Shown here: positions 29,836 through 44,913 of the stretch, in pieces
Layout: every line of letters starts with the position of its first letter
Numbering within the stretch: position 1 is the stretch's first letter
NCBI GenBank assembly: GCA_964016885.1
Contig: OZ024748.1
Location: forward strand, 5,518,001 to 5,582,000
Source: Eledone cirrhosa
Lineage: Eukaryota
Direction of reading: 5' to 3'
Length of the DNA stretch: 64,000 bases
Notes under the pieces: model-generated
The model's input: only the letters and a program-made list of their open reading frames with translations
Database searches by the model: none
Told to the model about the DNA's origin: nothing
Program-made: the position numbers and the translations under genes

Positions 29836-30419
29836 TCCACACAATATATACATCATGGTATTTAATGGATATTTTGTGGGTCAGTCAAGTAGCAAACTGT
29901 CTCGTTATGTTTCCCCTGGGCTCAACAGTATTTAACTCCCTAATACCAGTTTTTGATATTATAATCATTACGATTATTTGCATTGTTCTGTATATTATCA
30001 TCACCACACTCCTAATTATCTCCTTAATTGCCGCCATATTTAACATCCACCAACTCTCCGACCCCATCATGGTTGTCGTCATCGTCGTTGTTGTCGACGT
30101 TATTGTAATTTCCATTGTACCGTCGCCATCTTCATCAGGACCACAAAAGTCATCGCTTTGTCATCAACATCATAAACATCATCATCATCCTTATAATTTT
30201 CTTCATTTCCATAATCATCATGACCATCATCATCATCATCAAGCTATTTATCCTGCTTTTCCTCTTCATCTTTCTTCTCCTTCGCTTCTTCATCCACCTC
30301 CTACTTCTCATCATCATCATCATCATCGCCATCATCATTTTCATCATCATATTTATCAATGCTCTCAAAAAATTTCAGCATCGCCAATGGTTTAAAATTG
30401 ACCGACCTCATAATCTTCA

Positions 30420-31150
30420 TCAACACCATCACCACCATCACCATCACCACCAACATCATCACCACCGTCACCACCATCATCACCACTACCACCACCACCA
30501 CCATCACCACCATCACCATCACCGCCATCATCAACATCACCACCACCACCATCATTAACATCGCCACCATCATCACCACCACCATCATCACCACCACCAC
30601 CACCATCATCACCACCATCACCACCACCATCACCACCACCACCATCACCATCACCACCAACATCATCACCACCGTCACCACCATCATCACCACCACCACC
30701 ATCACCACCATCACCATCACCACCATCATCAACATCACCACCACCACCACCACCACCATCACCACCATCACCATCACCATCACCACCAACATCATCACCA
30801 CCGTCACCACCATCATCACCACCACCACCATCACCACCATCACCATCACCACCATCATCAACATCACCACCACCACCACCACCACCATCACCACCATCAC
30901 CATCACCACCATCATCAACATCACCATCACCACCATCACCACCATCATCACCACCACCACCATCACCACCATCACCATCACCACCATCATCAACATCACC
31001 ACCACCACCATCATTAACATCGCCACCATCATCACCATCATCATCATCACCACCACCACCACCATCATCACCACCATCACCACCACGACCATCCTCACCA
31101 GCGACACCATCACCATCACCATCACCACCGCCACCATCCTCACCTTCATC
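30420..31150. repeat. (ACC/ATC)n cryptic triplet array with higher-order repetition
   Basis: The block AACATCATCACCACCGTCACC recurs three times within ACC/ATC triplets. Confidence 0.9.
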
Positions 31151-31383
31151 ACTACAGGGATCAATCGATATCGGCTGCTCTGCTATTGCCTATGGATACA
31201 TCATAAGTTCGTTGTAAAAATTCTGAAAAAAAAACAAAACTATCAGATAATAAAGACTTTGAAAGTAGATAATGGCAGTTTTTCCTGCCCTCAATCTCTC
31301 TCTTACTTTCTCTCTTTCTCTTCCTCTCACTCTCTCTCTCTCTCACTCTCTTTCCCATCGTCCCCCCCCTCTCTCTCTCTGAT

Positions 31384-31432
<49 letters not shown>

Positions 31433-31485
31433 TCGTGTACACGTCTATGTATGTGGGTAGTGTCTGTGTGTACAGATATAAATAC

Positions 31486-31551
<66 letters not shown>

Positions 31552-31552
31552 T

Positions 31553-31612
<60 letters not shown>

Positions 31613-31797
31613 TGTTGCTGACAAAATGTTTATAAAAACAAAAAAACAATAAAAAAAGAAAGATTTGGAAAAACCCACTCACAGCAAAAGGCAAAAAATA
31701 AATATGGTATAGTAAAAATATACGAAAAACCACAGCAAAGAATATGGAATAACATAACATATTGTTGTTGTTGTGGTTGTTGTGCTCTCTTATTGCT

Positions 31798-31833
<36 letters not shown>

Positions 31834-32211
31834 ATAGTAGTAGTAGTACTAGTAGTAGTAGTAGCAGTAGCAGTAGTAGTAGTGGTGGTGGTGATGGTGG
31901 TGGTGGTGGTGGTAATAGTAGTAGTAGTAGTAATAATATTTTTTGTTATAATAAATTTGTTGCTCGTGTTATTCTTGTTAGTATTAAAATAATAAATTAT
32001 TGTTGTTGTTGTTGTTGTTGTTGTTACTAGTATTGTTTTTAATCTTGTTGTTGTTTCCTTTCTTTAAAAAAAAAAACCACTCAAAAAGGAAATTTATTGA
32101 AAATCAATGAAATGCTTTCTAACAATGAGACCAAAAAGTTACGAAACCATCGTCAACATCAGCATCATCATCATCATCATGATAATGATAAAAAGAAATA
32201 ACAACAACAAC

Positions 32212-32272
<61 letters not shown>

Positions 32273-32815
32273 GCAATAACAACAATAATGAGAGTACTAC
32301 TAATAAAAATAAGACAGATAATCATTATCACTCTCATAATAATCGTCATCTTCATCATCATCATCATAATCATCATCAGCTACAATAACAACAGTAACAT
32401 GAACAACAACAACAGTAATATCAACAACATTAAATTAGAAACAGACCTCTGAACCTACAAGGATAAAAAGAGAAATCTAGGGTAAAAAAAAATAATAAAG
32501 TAAAAATTAAAAATTAAAAATAAATTGAAAAAATAAAGCCAGAAAAAAAAATTTGAAAATATGAGAATAACATACACAGCCGACACAATTATTTTCTCAC
32601 TTCATACACATACACATGCAGATACATACATAGACATGCAGACACATATGACACCTACATACACATGCAGACATATACAGGCACACACAGATATTTGGTT
32701 AGAGAGAGACACATGCCAAGACATGCAGTTACACAAGCAATTGTCAAGAAAAAAATTACAGAGACAGACACACACATCGCATACACAGATATACACACTT
32801 ATATACATACATACA

Positions 32816-32855
<40 letters not shown>

Positions 32856-33521
32856 TAGATGTACAGATGCGAACTTTATATAGATATAACGGCCCAGACG
32901 CACGCATCACACATACACATACTTGCACATATAGACATACATATATTAACACATCACAATTGACAAGAAGAACTTACACAGACAGACACACAGATCTCAG
33001 CGACATACATACTTGCTTAGACACAATAATGACATAGACAGACACACATATATACACATATATACACATATATACACATATATACACATATCTAATATAT
33101 ATATGCATAGATATAGAGATGCGAACTTTTTATAGATATAGCTGCCCAGACGCACACATCAATCACACATACATAGATCACTCACATCATAGAGATGTAT
33201 ACACACAGACACAAGCATAAACACGTCTACACATAAAAAAATATACAAATACATAGCAGACGAAAAAATATTGAAAATATACTATAAAAAAGTAACAAAG
33301 TTGCTAGAGTATCAGTCAAAACCCACAGTAAAAAAAAGAAATAATGGTGAATACAAAAGACTCGAGAACTCAGAAAAAAATGAAGTCATATCTCTATAAA
33401 TATTTTAAAAAATATGGAGTTGCATAAAAAAAACCAACCTTAACTGTAATAAATACAATTAAAGAAAAATGATATACATACATATTCATTACATACTTGT
33501 TATTTATATACACATGTATGC

Positions 33522-33559
<38 letters not shown>

Positions 33560-33674
33560 GGCTTCTACAAGACTAGAACTGTTTCATGTTTCACTCAAAA
33601 GAATGTATATACTCTACTGTGTATTGTGTACCTTACTTATCGTGATTACCCCCGATTTAATCCCCCCCCCACCC

Positions 33675-33743
<69 letters not shown>

Positions 33744-33835
33744 GTAATAGTAATAAATGTGAAGACTAATATCAGGAGAGGCTTCGACAAGCATAATATA
33801 TATATATAAATATATAAAACCATATAGCAAATATT

Positions 33836-33962
33836 TATTAAAATAACAGATTAAAGTTTAAGCAAACAATCACTGCTTTCACCCTTAAAGGGATCTTCTG
33901 AAACTCAGAAGATCCCGTTAAGGGTGAAAGCAGTGATTCTTTGCTTAAACATTAATCTGTTA

Positions 33963-33970
<8 letters not shown>
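33836..33970. repeat. 135-bp near-perfect palindrome
   Basis: About 66-bp arms with 3 mismatches around an AAC centre. Abuts (TA)n. Confidence 0.92.
33855..33905 (-). ncRNA. Type I hammerhead-like motif with variant core
   Basis: Minus strand: AGTTT-CAGAAGA-T-CCCT-TTA-AGGG-T-GAAA-GCA-GTGATTGTT-TGC-TT-AAACT. All three stems pair, and the core is CAGAAGA rather than CUGAAGA. Confidence 0.6.
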
Positions 33971-34002
<32 letters not shown>

Positions 34003-34003
<1 letters not shown>

Positions 34004-34884
34004 GAGGTGTGTCAGAAATGTTCCAGGACTGATGTCACAAAAGATTTATTTCAAACCCAAACTTCACACTAAGAGTTTTCTCCTTCAAAGTAATCTCCCT
34101 GGAGTCTAATGCATTTTTCCATCCTTTTCTGCCACGTTTGTATGCACTCCTGGAAGGATTCTTCCGGGATCCTCCGCAGTTCCGTCATCACGGCCTTTTT
34201 GATGTCGTCCACGTCTTCAAAACGGGTCCACTCGGGCGTACTCGAAGATCCATGACTCATCACCGGTGTGACTGTCCCTAACAAGTCTGGCTCGGTTTCA
34301 TGACACTCGAGGATGTCCTAGCACATTTGCATGCGTCGACCCTTCTGGTCATCGTTCAGCAGTTTTGGCACCATATCGCGCAGACTTTCCGAATGTCCAA
34401 ATCTACAGTGAGAATATTCCAGACGCTGTCTCGATTCATGCCCAGCTCTTTTGCCATCAGTCGAACAGTCAGCCGACGATCGCTAAGCACCATCTGCCTG
34501 ACGCGCTCAACGTTGACCTCAGTCCTGGTTGTTGAGGGCCTTCCGCTCCTGGGGTCATCTTGCACCACTCTAAAACACGTGAGCGTGACATCGTCTCATC
34601 TCCATACACTTGCTGCAGCAATCCCAATGTTACTGACGGAGTTTGCCCCAACCATACCAGAAACTTCAAGTGTGTTCGTTGCTCTGTGCTCATTGCTTGA
34701 CGACCTGAAACAGACGACATGTATATAAAATTATGAAGAAAAAGGTTTGATTGCTGCAGAGAGCTAAGATTAGAGTTACATACTCCAAGGGGATTACTTT
34801 GAAAGAGAAAACTCTTAGTGTGAAGTTTGGGTTTAAAATAAATCTTCTGTGACATCAGTCCTAGAACTTTTCTGACACACCTCG
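34003..34884 (-). mobile_element. Non-autonomous mariner (Tc1/mariner) element with about 100-bp TIRs
   Basis: TA-CGAGGTGTGTCAGAAA... / ...TTTCTGACACACCTCG-TA, inserted in (TA)n, with transposase fragments inside. Confidence 0.93.
34069..34693 (-). pseudogene. Mariner transposase, internally deleted (DD34D core largely missing)
   Basis: MSTEQRTHLKFLV...LQQVYGDETMSRSRVLEW, DDPRSGRPST...DRRLTVRLMAKELG...RKVCA and RFEDVDDIK...WQKRMEKCIRLQGDYFEG, in different frames. Confidence 0.9.
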
Positions 34885-34895
34885 TATATATATAT

Positions 34896-34966
<71 letters not shown>

Positions 34967-35703
34967 TTATCAGGTAGTCTTGTCTATATACTAATGGTGA
35001 CGATATTAGTAGAGATGCTGAAGGTTCTAGAGACAAGTGACGAAACGTTCGTTGGGAGATGTCAATGCAAAACAGAAGTCATCTTGAAAATAAACATGTT
35101 TTAGTCTCTTGTAAATATCAACAGAGGTATTTCCTTCAGCAACAAGGAATTCAATTGCCGCTCTTTGTTTCTGACTTCCAAGAAGTTACCCATCTTGAAA
35201 TCAACTCAGTTACTCATACAAATCTGAAAAACAAAATTAGATAGATTAGACTCAAGAAGATATGTGCCATTAACTTTGTGCTAAGTTTCAACTCATACTA
35301 TAAAAAAATTATCCTGCTATGATGAAAAAGGTATTAGTCTTTGACTGGCCCTGGTATGTACCAGTGTCGATATTTGTTTCATAATCATGTATATTCCTGG
35401 CTAGCCATCCTTAGACGGCCAACTACATCTGACATCAATTTAGACAGTCAAACACCATACCAATCAACTGACCAGCAAATATATATATATATATATATAT
35501 ATTATAATAAACCTTTTAAGGAATTACACCAGTCCAGCCTCCTGTTATTTTATAATAATTAACTCCGTACTCGCACCACCGACATCACAAACGAAGACGG
35601 GTGAGTTGCATTACGTTGAGTGCTCTCCATAATATTACATCGAGGTTGACCATATGGAATGACCAGTTCTATCCAGTGGTGAACCAACAAACCTAAATAA
35701 ATA

Positions 35704-35785
<82 letters not shown>

Positions 35786-36878
35786 AAGAGAGAGAGCGAG
35801 AGCGAGAGAGAGAGAGAGAGAGACATATATATTATATCATCATTTTAGACAGTCAAACACCATACCAATCAACTGACCAACCAGCCAGCTAACCAATCAA
35901 CCAGCCAACCAATTAACTAACCAACCAAACAACCAGTCAACCAGAGAAATAAATAACAAGCTAATCCACAATCTCTCTGTTGGTGTTGTTGTTGTTGTTA
36001 TGACATTTTAGGTTATTTGATAGTTTTTTTGTTTGTTTTTACAAACGTTTCTTTTGTGTGTCAGAGAAAGAAAGGGCAAACAAAACTTACAGAGTCGCCA
36101 TTTTGGTTTGGGATGGCGGTCCTGTTTATACCATCGCGTTTGAAAAAAAATCAGTTGAAAATGTTTTTAGTACTGATCGTAGTTGTTGTTCATGTTAATG
36201 CTATTGTTTTTGTTGGTGTTATTGTTGTTCTTGATCTTGTTATTCTTTTCACTATTGTTGCTAGCGTCGTCGCTGGTGTTGGTTTCGTTTTTTTGTGTGT
36301 GTTTTATTTGTTCTTTTCTGGACTTCTTTATGAGCGTTTTATTTTCTATTCTGTTTTCTTTTTTTATCTTTGTCGTTAAAAGGAAATCAAAAAGGAAACC
36401 AAAACATATTTTTTAAATACCAAGAAGAAAAAAAGAAACTACAGCAACAAACACAACAAACACAACATTAACATATAAAGTCAACAACAACAACAAAGAA
36501 ATTGATGACATCAATGAACATATGTAGTACATGATGCTCCTGTTGTTGCATTTGATTTTGTTATAGTTATGGGCCGTCATGTTGTTTTAACTATCATGTT
36601 TATATATTTACTATTTCTTCTTTCGCCATATATGTGGATATATATATATATATATCCACATATATATACATATATATATATATATATACATATATATACA
36701 TATATATATATATATAGCTCTCTATCTCTCACTCTCACTCGCTCGGTATGCATATATATATATGACGAAAAAAGCAACAATAATATCAGCTAGCTTTTGG
36801 AAAACTCCGAGTATCTACGAAGTTATACACCAGTTTGGCATGTTTTTTATATAATTTAGTCTATATATAGATATATAT

Positions 36879-36940
<62 letters not shown>

Positions 36941-37311
36941 TTGTGTTTTTGGAGGGGGGTGGGTGGAATTTATGAGGTCTAGAAGGTGGATTTTGTAGTG
37001 TGTATTTGTGTCTGTGTAGGTGGATTCATGTATGAGTCTCAGAATGTGTGCATGAGTTCAAATTTGTATATTTTTCTTTACGTCTCTGTATAGGTGTATA
37101 TATGTAGTTTGGGTTATGTGTGTATGTATCAGCTTTCGCATATGTCTGTTTGTGTGTGTTTGTTGGCTGTTTGGTTAGTCTTATTTCTTTTGTTTTAGTT
37201 TGTTTTTAGTTGGTATGGCGTAGAGTCTTGATTATTGGTTTGTTTTATAATTTTACCTTAGTAGCCTATCTATCGATCTCTTCTCTCTCTCTTCCTCTCT
37301 CTCTCTCTCTC

Positions 37312-37370
<59 letters not shown>

Positions 37371-37449
37371 CCATCTCTCTCTCTCTCTCTCAACATATAT
37401 ATATATATATATAGGTATAGACACGCATATACATAGGTATACACATATA

Positions 37450-37549
<100 letters not shown>

Positions 37550-37872
37550 TAGTATTAGTTTTAAGATAAATATAAATACTAATAGAGGAGAATACAAGTT
37601 AGTATAGTTTGTAGCTGCTAGACACTAATAGGAGTATTACTAGTGGTTAGTAATATAAGTATTAATGTAATAATAATATTCATACTCTTAACATTAGTAA
37701 TAATCACAATAGTAATATTAATATTAACAGTATTTGAAGTAGTAGGATTAGTAGTAGCAATATTATTATATATATATATAATACTATTGCTATATATATA
37801 TATATGCTATCTTTCTCTCTTTCTCTCTCTCATATATATATATATATGTATATATATATACGTGTGTGTGTA

Positions 37873-37952
<80 letters not shown>

Positions 37953-38081
37953 TTATATATATGTACACACACACACACACATATATATATAGAGAGAGAT
38001 AGAGTGAGAAAGATAGCATATATATATATATATATTACATACATATATATATGCACACATACTACACACACACACACAGAA

Positions 38082-38112
<31 letters not shown>

Positions 38113-38624
38113 CATTTGTATATATGTATTATATATATATATGTGTATATATATATATACGTAGTTTCTTCTCATATTAAACTGGATATTAAGATATTTT
38201 TATATTATTTTGTTTCTGTCTAACGAAGAGGTTATATTTTTTTATGATATTCTATTTTTATATGTATTTGCTTTTTTCCCCCCTTTTTCTGTTGTCCGCC
38301 ATTTTCTGAAACCCCGACCCACCTCCGTTGGTCGGTCTTTAGCGGAATACATTGAAAATATAAAGAATATTGCTATGGATACCTCGTCTCTAAGACCTTA
38401 TGGTCAAATCCTAAACATGGCAGTTTCTCTTTGTGTACCAATATATTTTTTTTAGCCAATAACGTATCTGGGTATTCGTGTTTGCGCCTGAGTGTGAGCG
38501 TACTTATCTTTGTTTTTGTCAGTCTGTTCATGTGTATCTGTTTATGTGTATCTATCTTTTTGTGTGTGAGCTTTTGTGTGTGATTTAGTATATGAGTATA
38601 TGTGTGCTTATACATATATATATA

Positions 38625-38705
<81 letters not shown>

Positions 38706-39530
38706 ATATATAACACACACACACACACACACACTTATATATATATATATATATACACACACTCATATATATATATTTGTATCGTTCTGTCTTTTAATGT
38801 TTATATATATATATGCGTATGTCTTTTTTAATATTCTATCGTGTGTGCCTGCATGTGTGTGTGAATGTGTGTGCGTGTGTGTGCGTGTGTCTGTGAGTGT
38901 GCGTGTGTGTGTGTCTGTGTGTGTGTATGTGTATGACTGTGAAGTCACTTGATTTTATGTGTGGCCGTGGTTTTCCGAAAGCGTCACTATGTTTTTTTGC
39001 ACGTTTATGTGTGATTTCGTTAGTGAGTGTATGGTATTGTGAGTGCGTGTACGGTATTGTGTGTGCGTGTATGGTATTGTGTGTGCGTGTATAGTATTGT
39101 GTGTGCGTGTATGGTATTGTGTGTGTGTGTGTGTATAGTATTGTGTGTGCGAGTATGGTATTGTGTGCGCGTGTATGGTTTTGTGTGTGTGTGTATGCTT
39201 TTATGTGTGCATTTTCTTATGTTTTATGAAAACTTGACTGTATATTTTTGTGTATATGGTTTTGTCTCTGTGTTACTGTGTAAGGTTGTACGTATATATA
39301 TGTGTCTATGCACGTACATATGTGTGTAAATGTACATGTTCATATATGTATATGAATATGTGTGAATATGTTTATGTGTGCAAGAGTATATGTGCATCTG
39401 CATGTATATGTGTATGTATGTGAATTTATTTATGTGTGTTTATGTAAATGTGTCTGTGTATGCGCATGTGTATGTTTTGTGTGAGTGTTTGCATATGTTT
39501 GTTTGATTGTGAGTGTGTGTGTGTGTGTGT

Positions 39531-39591
<61 letters not shown>

Positions 39592-39843
39592 TGTGTGTCT
39601 ATGCAGGGCGCAAGGGTTATTATTTCTAATAGCTTTCTTGTGTTTGCAGCACTAAGACACCGATCTAACGATAGAAAGAGAGGAAGGGAGAAAGGGAAAA
39701 AAAGAAAGTAAAGATATATATATAAAGTCAGAAGGGTATGGATGAAAGATTATGATAAGAGAGGGAAAGTGAGTAAGGGTGGGTGGCAGGATGAGGTGGG
39801 AGAGAACGTGAGAGAAGGAACTGTGACCGAAAGATCATGGAAG

Positions 39844-39959
<116 letters not shown>

Positions 39960-40329
39960 CAAAGCATATATAATAAACATGAAAAAAATATAAAGATCAT
40001 TGGCAAAAGGAACGAGTGAAAGACCTGAATGTGTAGCAGTATCATTTAAAATAGGAGTTTATATAAAGGCGTATTTGATAATTTTATGAATAATAAACAC
40101 AGAAGAGTCTCGCTGGGAATGTTTTAAGGTGTCCCAATTAATCATAATCAGTCAAGTTCACAATATATGCTTATGAACATCTCGTGCTAATTTTAGTATG
40201 CAAAAAAACATATAAGCTTTTAGTTTATTCTTGTCCCAGTATCTATTAAGGTAGCTGGGGTTATCACTGAAGATTGCTATTGCTAGGTGTCTTTCCAGAG
40301 ATCCAGTCCGACCGGCATACACGAGTCAG

Positions 40330-41330
40330 CCAGAGAAATCAGATTCCAGTTCAACTCAAAAGTCCTCCCATGACTTAACTTTAGGCACCTTTACTGTCAC
40401 TGCTGCGACCTTTTGCGTCTGCTTGTGCCACAAGTTCAAGAAGGAAGAAGTATTTTCAAGTTAAGTTTTCTATGCTTCTTCTTTGCTCGGATCGCATCTT
40501 TGACTTCTTGATATAAACAAGAGTCCCTCCTGCCACCCGGCCCCACAACCCTCAGCATTTAACATCTAAAGCAGAAACTTCCGAGCAGAGCAGTCTTCAC
40601 TCCGGTTCAACGTCTTCAGTTTGCTCTGTGAGTTCCCTAAATTTGGATTCAATACCTCGTCCAAACATCCTTATCCGACAAGGCTTGTCACTATATTCTG
40701 AAGGTTGACTTGGATATGCCAGTATTTTGGGCTTCTTTAGCTTTAGGTAGTCTCAAGTACCTAAAGCTAAAGAAGCCCATTCTCTTAACTCGAACATCCA
40801 ACACGGAAACTAGATCAGAGACAATAAACAAAATCTATTATAGATCTCAGTCCATGAATCTGATTGTACCACGTATATTTATGGATGTCTTTGTGCCGGA
40901 AGGTGTTTGTAATATAGAGTCCATTGCTAGAACAGATGTTTAATAAACGTCTTCATTCGTATTTAGATTGGGATTGCAGTCCTTTCCAATCACTCCTTTC
41001 CATGTCCTGTGTTCAGTGCAGGCATTTTCATTGAAGTCTCCCATTACAATACATGACTCCGTCGTAACTACATCTAATGCTGCAGTGACATCCTCAAGGA
41101 AGGATCTTCATTTAGACTCCTTCATTGCTTCATAGACTGCACCGCCCACAGAGCTAAGCTTCAAGAGCGAAGTCCTCCTTCCCAATAGCATCCAGTTCAT
41201 AACACATTCTGACATTCCGGGACGCTTGAGTATCACCACTCTCGCCTGTACAGTCATTTCTGGTACCACACGTGAATACTGGGTTTTATCCTCCATCCAA
41301 ATCTACCGTAACTTACGTTCATCCAATGAA
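40330..41330 (-). mobile_element. Decayed RTE-clade LINE fragment (APE endonuclease region)
   Basis: Manual minus-strand translation across stops and frameshifts gives FLEDVTAALD..CIVMGDFN, WKGVIGK..NPNLN, FRHKDIHKYTWY, IDFV, VLDVRVKR and EVKDAIRAKK. Confidence 0.82.
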
Positions 41331-42359
41331 CGTAAGGTAGCAAAAGAGAAATGATCGAAGAATGAAAGATAGAGAGAGAGGAGGATAGAGAAAGAGATAG
41401 AGAGATACAGAGAGGGGGAATGAGTGAGGGAGAGGCAAGGAGAGAGGAAGATCTAGTGAAATCGATAAGCAGAATTAAATGAAGAAAGTCAAAACGAAGA
41501 GCTACGAAGAAAATTGACGAAGAAACAGGAAAAACTGAGTGAAGCGAAGGAAATGGGACGAAACATTTGGGCAAAAAAAGAGTGTATCTAAGGGAGAGAA
41601 TTATTGTGATAGTGAAATAAGGGAGCCAAAAATAAACAACAATCGACCAAAACGATCGAGCTTTAAAAGAAATGAAAGATAGAAAGACAAAAAAATATTA
41701 TAATAAAAGTATAAACTCACACAAACAAAAAAGTAGTGTAAAAAATTGTGCAAAAAATGAGGAAATCAAAAAGAGACACAGCACCTCCACCAAAAAATAC
41801 ACAAAATCTCCAACACGACAGAAGAAATAAAATAAAAATAGAGAAGCTAAGCAGAGAAGCTAACAACAAAAGTAATGGAAAAAATAAGTTGGTAAAAAAT
41901 ATAAAACTGAAAGTAAATTACACACGCGTGTACATATACACATTCAGAAACATACATACATACACACATGGTGACGCAGTCTCACAGACACACATACACA
42001 CACACATTCAGAATCACAGATACATACATACATTCAGAAACATAGATACATACACACATTCAGAAACATAGATACATACACACATGGTTACGCAGTCGCA
42101 CACACACACACATTCACACTTACACGCACATTCACACACACATACACATAGACACACACACACACACACAGACATACATACACACACACACACAGACAGA
42201 CATATATATATATATATACATATATTCAGAAACACACATACGTACGCACATGGTTACCCAATCACACACACTCAGACATATATACACACGCACAGAGACA
42301 TACACACACACACACAGACATCTACGCACACGCATATACACATACACACACATAGACAT

Positions 42360-42396
<37 letters not shown>

Positions 42397-42519
42397 CAGA
42401 CACACACACGTATACCAAGAAAGAGCAAAGAATAAATATTCCAAAGAAGAATAACAAAATTAATAGATTACAACTACCAATAATAATAATAACATTAATA
42501 ATAATGTTGTTAGACGTGT

Positions 42520-42742
42520 AGATGTTGTTGATACTGCTGTTGCTGATATTACTGATGGCGATGATGATGATGATGATGGCGGTGGTGACGATGATGGCGA
42601 GGATGATAATGATGAGGATGATGATGGTGGTGATGATAATGATGATAATGATGATCATGATGTTGGCGATGATGATGATGGTGATGGTTATGACGATGGC
42701 GATGACGATGATGACGATGATGCTGATGATGCTGATGCTGCT

Positions 42743-42773
<31 letters not shown>

Positions 42774-42800
42774 ATGACGATGGTGATGATAATAGTTTAG
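42520..42800. repeat. (GAT)n-derived triplet repeat
   Basis: Directly visible. Confidence 0.9.
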
Positions 42801-42973
42801 CTACGGCTGCTGTCTTCCATCAAGAACAACGACGATCGAAATAAGGAAAACAACATCAACATCATTAGCAATGGCTACAAAAAGAAGAAGAAGCATTGCC
42901 CCACCCACCCCCCGAAAAAAAAAGGGAGACGGATATCTTAGCTTACGCACACACTCATACACACACACACACT

Positions 42974-43072
<99 letters not shown>

Positions 43073-43095
43073 GTATATATATATATATGTATATA

Positions 43096-43132
<37 letters not shown>

Positions 43133-43164
43133 AAATATCTATATATATATATCTATATATATAT

Positions 43165-43371
43165 ATAGGAAAAATTATGACCCCGACGGCAGAGCTCAAG
43201 CCGTTTCGACAGTTATTTCTGAACGGCTATTTCTGGACCAGAAATAGCCGTCGAAACGGCTTGAGCTCTGCCGTCGGGGTCATACTTTTTCCTATTTCCC
43301 ACTCTACTACCCTAAGTATTGAGTATTCTGGAGCGTTATGGTCCATCTGGTTCCTTACCACAATTCCTTTG

Positions 43372-43375
<4 letters not shown>
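43165..43375 (+). mobile_element. Short pLTR-like repeat (family P), copy 2, with inverted 5' arm
   Basis: 43165-43221 is the inverted copy of 43239-43295. Contains GAAA-CGGC-TTGAGCTCT-GCCG-TC. Within (TA)n. Confidence 0.85.
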
Positions 43376-43407
<32 letters not shown>

Positions 43408-44240
43408 TTTATGTGTGTGTGTATAAGATATAGATATATATATATATATATATATCTTATACACACATATATATATATATACATATACACACACACACAT
43501 ATATTTGTATACGTATATGAAGTTTTTTATCTTTTTATTGTACTGGTGGTTTAGCGCTGGTGTGGTGTTGTCTGTCAGAGGTGTGATGTTGGCGGTGGTG
43601 TAGTGTTCCAGGTGGTGGAGTGTTGGGGGCGTTGTGGCCTTGTCAGTGATGTGATGTTGGTGTTAGCGGTGGTGTAGTGTTGTTGGTGGTGGAGTGTTAG
43701 CGCTGGTGTGGTGATGGGGGTGGCGTGGTGTTGTCAGTGGTGTGATGTTGGCGGTGGTGCACTTTTGTTGGTGGTGGTGCTTTGTTGGAAGTGGTGTGAT
43801 GATGGCGATGGTGCAGTGTTGGAGGCGGTGTGGTGTTGGCGGTGTGGCGGGGTATTCTCCCTATCTTTATTTCTTTCTTGCCTTTTCTTTTATTTTCTTA
43901 TATTGTTTCTTTTTTTGTGTGTTTTTTTTTTATATATATTACATTCTGTTTTTGTTTGATTGTTATATAGTTTTTCTTTTATTGTTTTTGTTTATCTTTA
44001 TCTTTTTAACTCCCTCACATACCTTTTAATTTCTCTGCTTCTCCGAGCGGAGGAAATCGGTGGAATACATCGATCAAATATCGATTGTGGTGATAGAGAG
44101 AATGTGAGACAGGGTGAGTATGAAGGAGAGAAAGATTGGAGTCAGAGAGAGGGAAAGATAGATAGTTAGAGAGGGGGATAGTTAGACATAGCTATATAGT
44201 TAGAGAGGGGAAGAAAGTGATAGATATATTGTTAGACAGG

Positions 44241-44271
<31 letters not shown>

Positions 44272-44416
44272 TGTGTGATAGAGAAAATCTGAAACAGGGT
44301 GAGTAGGGGGGAGAGAAAGACTCAGTGAGTGAGCGAAAGGAATATATATATATAGTTAGATAGTGAGAGAATGATAGAGAGAGCAGGAGAGAGAGAGTGT
44401 GAGAGAGAGAGAGAGA

Positions 44417-44479
<63 letters not shown>

Positions 44480-44803
44480 ATAGAGTGAGAGAGTGACAGA
44501 GCTACGCATAGATAATGATTGAGTGTGTGAGTAAATGAGTGAGAGGGTGAGGAAAAGAGACATTTGTGTGAGGGGGGAAACATTGAATGAAAGAGAGAGA
44601 GACAGTGAGTGAAAGAGTGAACGACATATATATATAAATACAGAGGGAGGGAGAGAGAGAGAGAAACAGATAATGATAGGGAGTGATACATATAGATAAA
44701 GAGTGACTATGTGAGAGAGGGAGAAGTTGGTTGAAAGAGTAAAAGCGTGAAAGAGATAGATTTATAGATAGAAAGAGAAATAGAGACAGAGAGTGAGCGA
44801 ATG

Positions 44804-44913
<110 letters not shown>

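Noticed and set aside
30301-31621. 420-aa Thr/Ile and 287-aa Val/Met ORFs as mucin-like proteins
   Set aside because: An ACC/ATC triplet array open on both strands and running into (CT)/(TA)/(TG) repeats, with no domain or splice support.
38270-38425. Possible exon or PLE N-terminal fragment (RPTSVGRSLAEYIENIK)
   Set aside because: Too short, with no recognisable motif or clear splice pair.
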